The notes below the pieces were generated by a model. The model had not been told where the DNA came from. It saw only the letters and a list, made by a program, of their open reading frames with translations, and ran no database searches. The position numbers were made by a program, and so were the translations under genes. DNA of 62,937 bases, filler included, from Craspedostauros australis (taxonomy: Eukaryota): assembly GCA_030167865.1 (NCBI GenBank). It is 17 parts of 17 records of this genome, joined end to end, with 100 filler letters (N's around TTAATTAATTAA, not from the genome) between each part and the next. Parts side by side here need not be neighbours in the genome. Positions count along the whole stretch, not along the records: positions 58,352 to 59,434 come from JALAGF010003238.1; positions 59,535 to 62,937 come from JALAGF010003239.1; 15 more parts are not named here. One strand, written 5' to 3'. Below are positions 58,676 through 62,937 of this stretch, piece by piece (position 1 is the first letter of the stretch; the number at the start of each line of letters is the position of its first letter).

Positions 58676-59534
58676 CTTGTTTGTTTGTTGTTGTTGTTGT
58701 TGTGTTGATACTCTGGTTGTTGCTGTGATTGAGCGTTGCAGAGATTGCAAGATCTGAGATTGTGAGATGAAGGAGGAGTGAAGAGTGGAAGTCGATTTGA
58801 GTTGACGATCTTTGTTGGTGTTTGTGTGTTGTTTGTGTGTTGTTTGTGTGGCGTTTGACTTGTGATAGTGCGTGTTATTGACACCGTCGATACCGTTGAC
58901 ACCGTTGACACTGTTGATACCGTTGTCGGAGTTGTGGATGTTCTCGTTGCGGTGGAGTGGAGATGGTGTGGATACCCCACTCCACACTTCTCCAATGTTC
59001 CTATTTCTCGGACTACAGCAGAGAAGATACTCACCTTTACCTTCAGCGCAACTCACCTTCACCCATGTTCGGTAGAAAACAAACATGAAAGATGAAAGAT
59101 GAAACATCAGCGATGGTTTGGCTCCGCATCTTTGATTTTGGTGGGTTGCGGACTGTCATTGTTGCTGCCATTGTTCTGTGTTTTGATGATCGTCTTCACC
59201 TTTGTGGCGGAATTTGTGAGCACGTTTGACTTTGGCGACAGCGTGCCATGCTTTCCAAGATTGACCGGTGTGTCGTGCGACATCGTGTCTGGCCTAAATG
59301 GCCGTTGGAGACAAGATCCCACTACTGGGTCGATGTGGTCGAATGGACGCGCACGCTCGTTTGTGGGATCGGTCCTGCTCGGTGTCACGTTTTGAGAGAG
59401 CGGAGTGATGCCAATCACAACGGATCATCCGCATNNNNNNNNNNNNNNNNNNNNNNNNNNNNNNNNNNNNNNNNNNNNTTAATTAATTAANNNNNNNNNN
59501 NNNNNNNNNNNNNNNNNNNNNNNNNNNNNNNNNN

Positions 59535-62144
59535 CTCGGCAACCCTCAGTTCCGACATCAAGCCAGAGATGGAAGATCGCCACCGCAGCTGTACATGGAA
59601 AAGACAACTGACGAGGCATTCCGTGACCGGGTGCTACTGTACTGCTCTGCCAGCGGGAGTGGCAAGACAGCCGAGCTCGCAGCGAGCGCGTTCTCAAGAG
59701 ATGCTGCCTTTTCCATCCATCTGGATGTCGAAAAGGACATTCCTACTACTAAGCGCGGCGATGAGCGACAACGTGAAGCACGAATCAGTCTCAAGGAAGC
59801 CATTGACGAGGTCGTGGGTCGAGACAAGGGCACCCGAGCTCTTTTTGTCGAGATCGCTCAAATGATCAAGGACCGCAGCACCAAGGAAGACAAGGTGCGA
59901 ATCGTCGTCGCCATCGATGAAGCAGGATCACAACCCAACCTCGTCAATGAGATCATCCGCAACTACCAAGATCTTGGTGAGGATCTTGCTGCATTCATCA
60001 TGATGGGATGCAACAACCCAGACGAAAGCGGAAACCGTCTCAATGAGGACAACTGGAAGAAGACGCAGAAGGAATCACTGCAGGTGGTGTTCTCCATTGC
60101 AGGGACAGGCCTCCATGGTGACATGCAAGGAACCGTGCATGAGAACTTCAAGCAACTTCAACCAATTGCCAAAAGAAAGGCTGAAGATGTCTACAAGGTT
60201 CTCTGTAAAGAGTATCCAGGCTTGTCCCACAAATTTCCACCCTTTCAACAGCTTCCAGAATATCCCCTCCTCAACGATATCGTCCACCACAACTCAAGAA
60301 TGACCTCTGCCTTGGTGTTCCACCTTGCAACCACAAACTTCTCATATGATGATCCCCGTCATCAAGCCAAGATCATCACAACTGTTTTTGTGTACTTCTG
60401 CGTGACCAACGGCATATCGTCCGTGTGGGAGAAGCTACACTTTCGCTTACAGGTTGCGGCAAGCGCTTACGCTGCCCTCCTCTTCCAGAAAAAGGTCACG
60501 GTGTATCCTGGTGACGCTCCCCATGTCATCCGAGAGAAGGCTCTGAAAGATGCCATCCGCTTCCAACACTTTGATGAGCACTACGTCAACAAACGCGATC
60601 TCCTTGGCAAGTTTGGCCTCCTGACAATACAATCATTCGCGGATCTCTCCAGACGGGCAGAACAGGAGGACAGGGGAGTTGAGATGTACCCTTTCCTCAT
60701 GGATCCTGCCATGCAGCGACTCTGTAGCTGGATGATCGCTGGCGGAAAAGTCATGGCACATGCCGATGAAGCCTTGGGGACAACACCATTCGCATATGAA
60801 GCACTCGCAGTCCAATTCCTCTCCAGTGTGATAGCAGCAGCCACGACTGTGGAACCAGAAGATCGAAAGGATCTGAAATCGATGCTCGAGGATGGCGCTG
60901 CAATGTATGCATCGGAAGTGAGAGGCGATGGTGGTACTCTCAAATCTCTATTCGTGGGCAAGGACATAGAAGACTCGTGGGAAGGGCTTCGCGGATGGTA
61001 CCCTGTTGCTTTTCCATCAGAGTTTGCCATGAAGGGCATGTACCTTCAGAAGTCACCCATGGGCTTGTCATTGGGGCAAACACAACCACAACACAGCCCA
61101 AAAGAGGAGGAAGAGAACCAAACCTACTGGAGAGATCTGCAAGGTTGGGAAGTCGAACACAACAATCGTACTCCCTTCGCTGACATCAATGAACTCCGGA
61201 AGTATACCCCTCTCCAGTATAGTAGCGAAGACACGCTGACCATTGACAAGGACTACCTCAATGGACTCTGGGTCCTGCAAAACGCCATCATCGAAAGACC
61301 AACGCTGGAGGAAGGGACACAGGCGTTCCACCCTCCAATCGCAAGCGTTGCAGAAGGCAGCAGCAACTTGGCAGACGGATACGTGTCCGTCGTGGTTGCT
61401 CGAAAGAAGGAGGAGGATGACTACAACGATGACTACAACGATGACTACGGCGATGACTACGGCGATGACGACGACGACGACGACGACTACGACGACGACG
61501 ACTACGACGACGACGACGACTACGACAACGACAAGACCGTGTGGAAGGACTTCAAGCTTGTCACCATTTGCATCCAGGCAAAGGATAAATCAACCCATCG
61601 GAAGATTTCCAACAACGCCATCCGCGACAACAAGAACAGCGTCCTTCACGAGCTTCTCCACATTCCATTTGGCGAAGATCGCGTGTATTGTGTGGCGAGC
61701 CGACCAGAAAGTCTTGTGAATCAAACGATGAGCCAGGCCGATGTTGCTGAGGCCAAACGCGAAAGAGATCAAGCTGCTGGTGATAGCGCTGTCGCCGATG
61801 CATTGGGCAAAGAACACGACGCCATGAAGAAGGATGACTTCATCAAAGTGATGGAACAAGCGGCACCCAAGTACGCGACGGAGGAAGATCGAGAACAGGA
61901 GTTTCAAGAATTCCTGACAGACGTCAAAGACGGGATCGACAAGAAGCTGGAAGCAATCGAGGAGGAAGCCAGAAATGCAGCCATAGCACAAGCAGAAGCT
62001 GATGAGACCCACCTTGCGCCATACATCGCCGTACCGATCGGCAAGTCCCCAGCTTCGAAGGTGCTGGCGGACGCGGGTATTCACCGTGATGAGCATGGGA
62101 AGACCGAGAGTTTCGGTGTCCAGTTGAAGTACTCTTCAGCTTGA
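59535..62144 (+). CDS. P-loop NTPase + putative PD-(D/E)XK nuclease protein (Crinkler/RHS-like), 5'-truncated by the contig end
   Basis: The frame is open from the contig edge. Walker A ASGSGKT (59649-59669) and Walker B IVVAIDE (59901-59921). C-terminal LADGYVSV...TICIQAKD with a poly-Asp insert. Confidence 0.75.
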   Translation, partial: LGNPQFRHQARDGRSPPQLYMEKTTDEAFRDRVLLYCSASGSGKTAELAASAFSRDAAFSIHLDVEKDIPTTKRGDERQREARISLKEAIDEVVGRDKGTRALFVEIAQMIKDRSTKEDKVRIVVAIDEAGSQPNLVNEIIRNYQDLGEDLAAFIMMGCNNPDESGNRLNEDNWKKTQKESLQVVFSIAGTGLHGDMQGTVHENFKQLQPIAKRKAEDVYKVLCKEYPGLSHKFPPFQQLPEYPLLNDIVHHNSRMTSALVFHLATTNFSYDDPRHQAKIITTVFVYFCVTNGISSVWEKLHFRLQVAASAYAALLFQKKVTVYPGDAPHVIREKALKDAIRFQHFDEHYVNKRDLLGKFGLLTIQSFADLSRRAEQEDRGVEMYPFLMDPAMQRLCSWMIAGGKVMAHADEALGTTPFAYEALAVQFLSSVIAAATTVEPEDRKDLKSMLEDGAAMYASEVRGDGGTLKSLFVGKDIEDSWEGLRGWYPVAFPSEFAMKGMYLQKSPMGLSLGQTQPQHSPKEEEENQTYWRDLQGWEVEHNNRTPFADINELRKYTPLQYSSEDTLTIDKDYLNGLWVLQNAIIERPTLEEGTQAFHPPIASVAEGSSNLADGYVSVVVARKKEEDDYNDDYNDDYGDDYGDDDDDDDDYDDDDYDDDDDYDNDKTVWKDFKLVTICIQAKDKSTHRKISNNAIRDNKNSVLHELLHIPFGEDRVYCVASRPESLVNQTMSQADVAEAKRERDQAAGDSAVADALGKEHDAMKKDDFIKVMEQAAPKYATEEDREQEFQEFLTDVKDGIDKKLEAIEEEARNAAIAQAEADETHLAPYIAVPIGKSPASKVLADAGIHRDEHGKTESFGVQLKYSSA

Positions 62145-62937
62145 ACCGGCTTCCGACACACATCGTCGAAGTGAATGGAACGACAGAGAACAGGAGGTGG
62201 CTGGAGGCAACAGTGGTGGAATGTGGATGTGGTGAGAACCAACGCCAACGCAGACTGCATGCAGGACAGTGTGGAAGTGGAACCACTCAGCTGATGCCAC
62301 CACGTCCACGATGGGTGATGCAAGAGGGTTGAAGATGTGGCAACAGAGGGGCGGTCCATGACAGTCCATGACATTGGAGTGATGTGGCACAGCATCTGTG
62401 AAGTCGACAAGGAACCATCATCAGACCATGTTGTGTCATGTGTGCTATATATGTAACATGGTAGATTTCTGATATTTGTGATATTACTCGTGGAGAGTGG
62501 TCCACAATGAACAGGCCGCTGTTCTGTGCATTGCATCCTGTCACTGTCCAGCCAAGGTCGGCTTGTGGTTGTTCTTGATCTGTTCCTGTGCGGTCATTGT
62601 GTATCCCAGTGAGTCCATCTGGTTGGTCAGTCCTTCCCTCGCTTCTGGTGTGGTTGGGAAGGGCTTGGAATGCCTACTTCGTGGTGTTTCACCCAGCCTG
62701 TTGGTGTTCCATGTTGTGTGGTATCCTCAGTTTCCTCCTTGTGCTGGACCTGGTCATCCACTTCAGTATCCTGTTCAGTATCCTCTTCCGTATCTTCCTA
62801 TGTACTATATGGTGTTGTACTTGCGCTAGTATGTGTAGAGCAAGTACAATTTCCAAAAGGAACCAAAATTCCGGAAGAAATTGTCGCAGCAAACAAACAC
62901 GAATAAACAAATCAAAGAAAGACAACAGACAGCAAAA

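Noticed and set aside
25600..62144. A 'defence island' of STAND ATPase, ankyrins, alpha-kinase and NTPase-nuclease
   Set aside because: These genes lie on different concatenated contigs, so their adjacency is artificial.

Overview
Eukaryotic, almost certainly diatom (probably pennate), nuclear DNA. The evidence is silicon-transporter (SIT) fragments, bipartite 'AF'-type plastid presequences, diatom-type (CoDi) Copia elements and short GT-AG introns. It is not one locus: 17 unrelated contigs are joined by sixteen artificial 100-nt spacers (N44-TTAATTAATTAA-N44), so neighbourhood arguments hold only within a contig. The 28-kb contig (1120-29385) carries a secreted Cys-rich/PTSA-mucin protein, a solo Copia LTR, a CIA30-like secreted protein, a GT32 glycosyltransferase, a LON-N domain protein, RFT1, an unknown plastid protein, a CRTISO-family enzyme (CRTISO5-like) and a 5'-truncated STAND/AAA_16 ATPase. 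The small contigs hold Copia gag/protease/RT/integrase pieces and LTRs, putative Tc1/mariner ends, two ankyrin genes, an alpha-kinase, a subtilisin, a TPR-like protein, a saccharopine-dehydrogenase-like pseudogene, two near-identical SIT 5' ends and a P-loop NTPase + PD-(D/E)XK protein. Three signals stand out. (1) An ankyrin family has 102-bp repeats that are nearly codon-identical except at ligand-contact positions, where nearly all changes are non-synonymous; it is a candidate diversifying receptor system. (2) There is a Crinkler/RHS-like NTPase-nuclease. (3) A Copia family has a palindrome instead of a tRNA PBS, and a separate Copia fragment has an extra domain before the protease. All family assignments are from motif recognition only; no searches were run.
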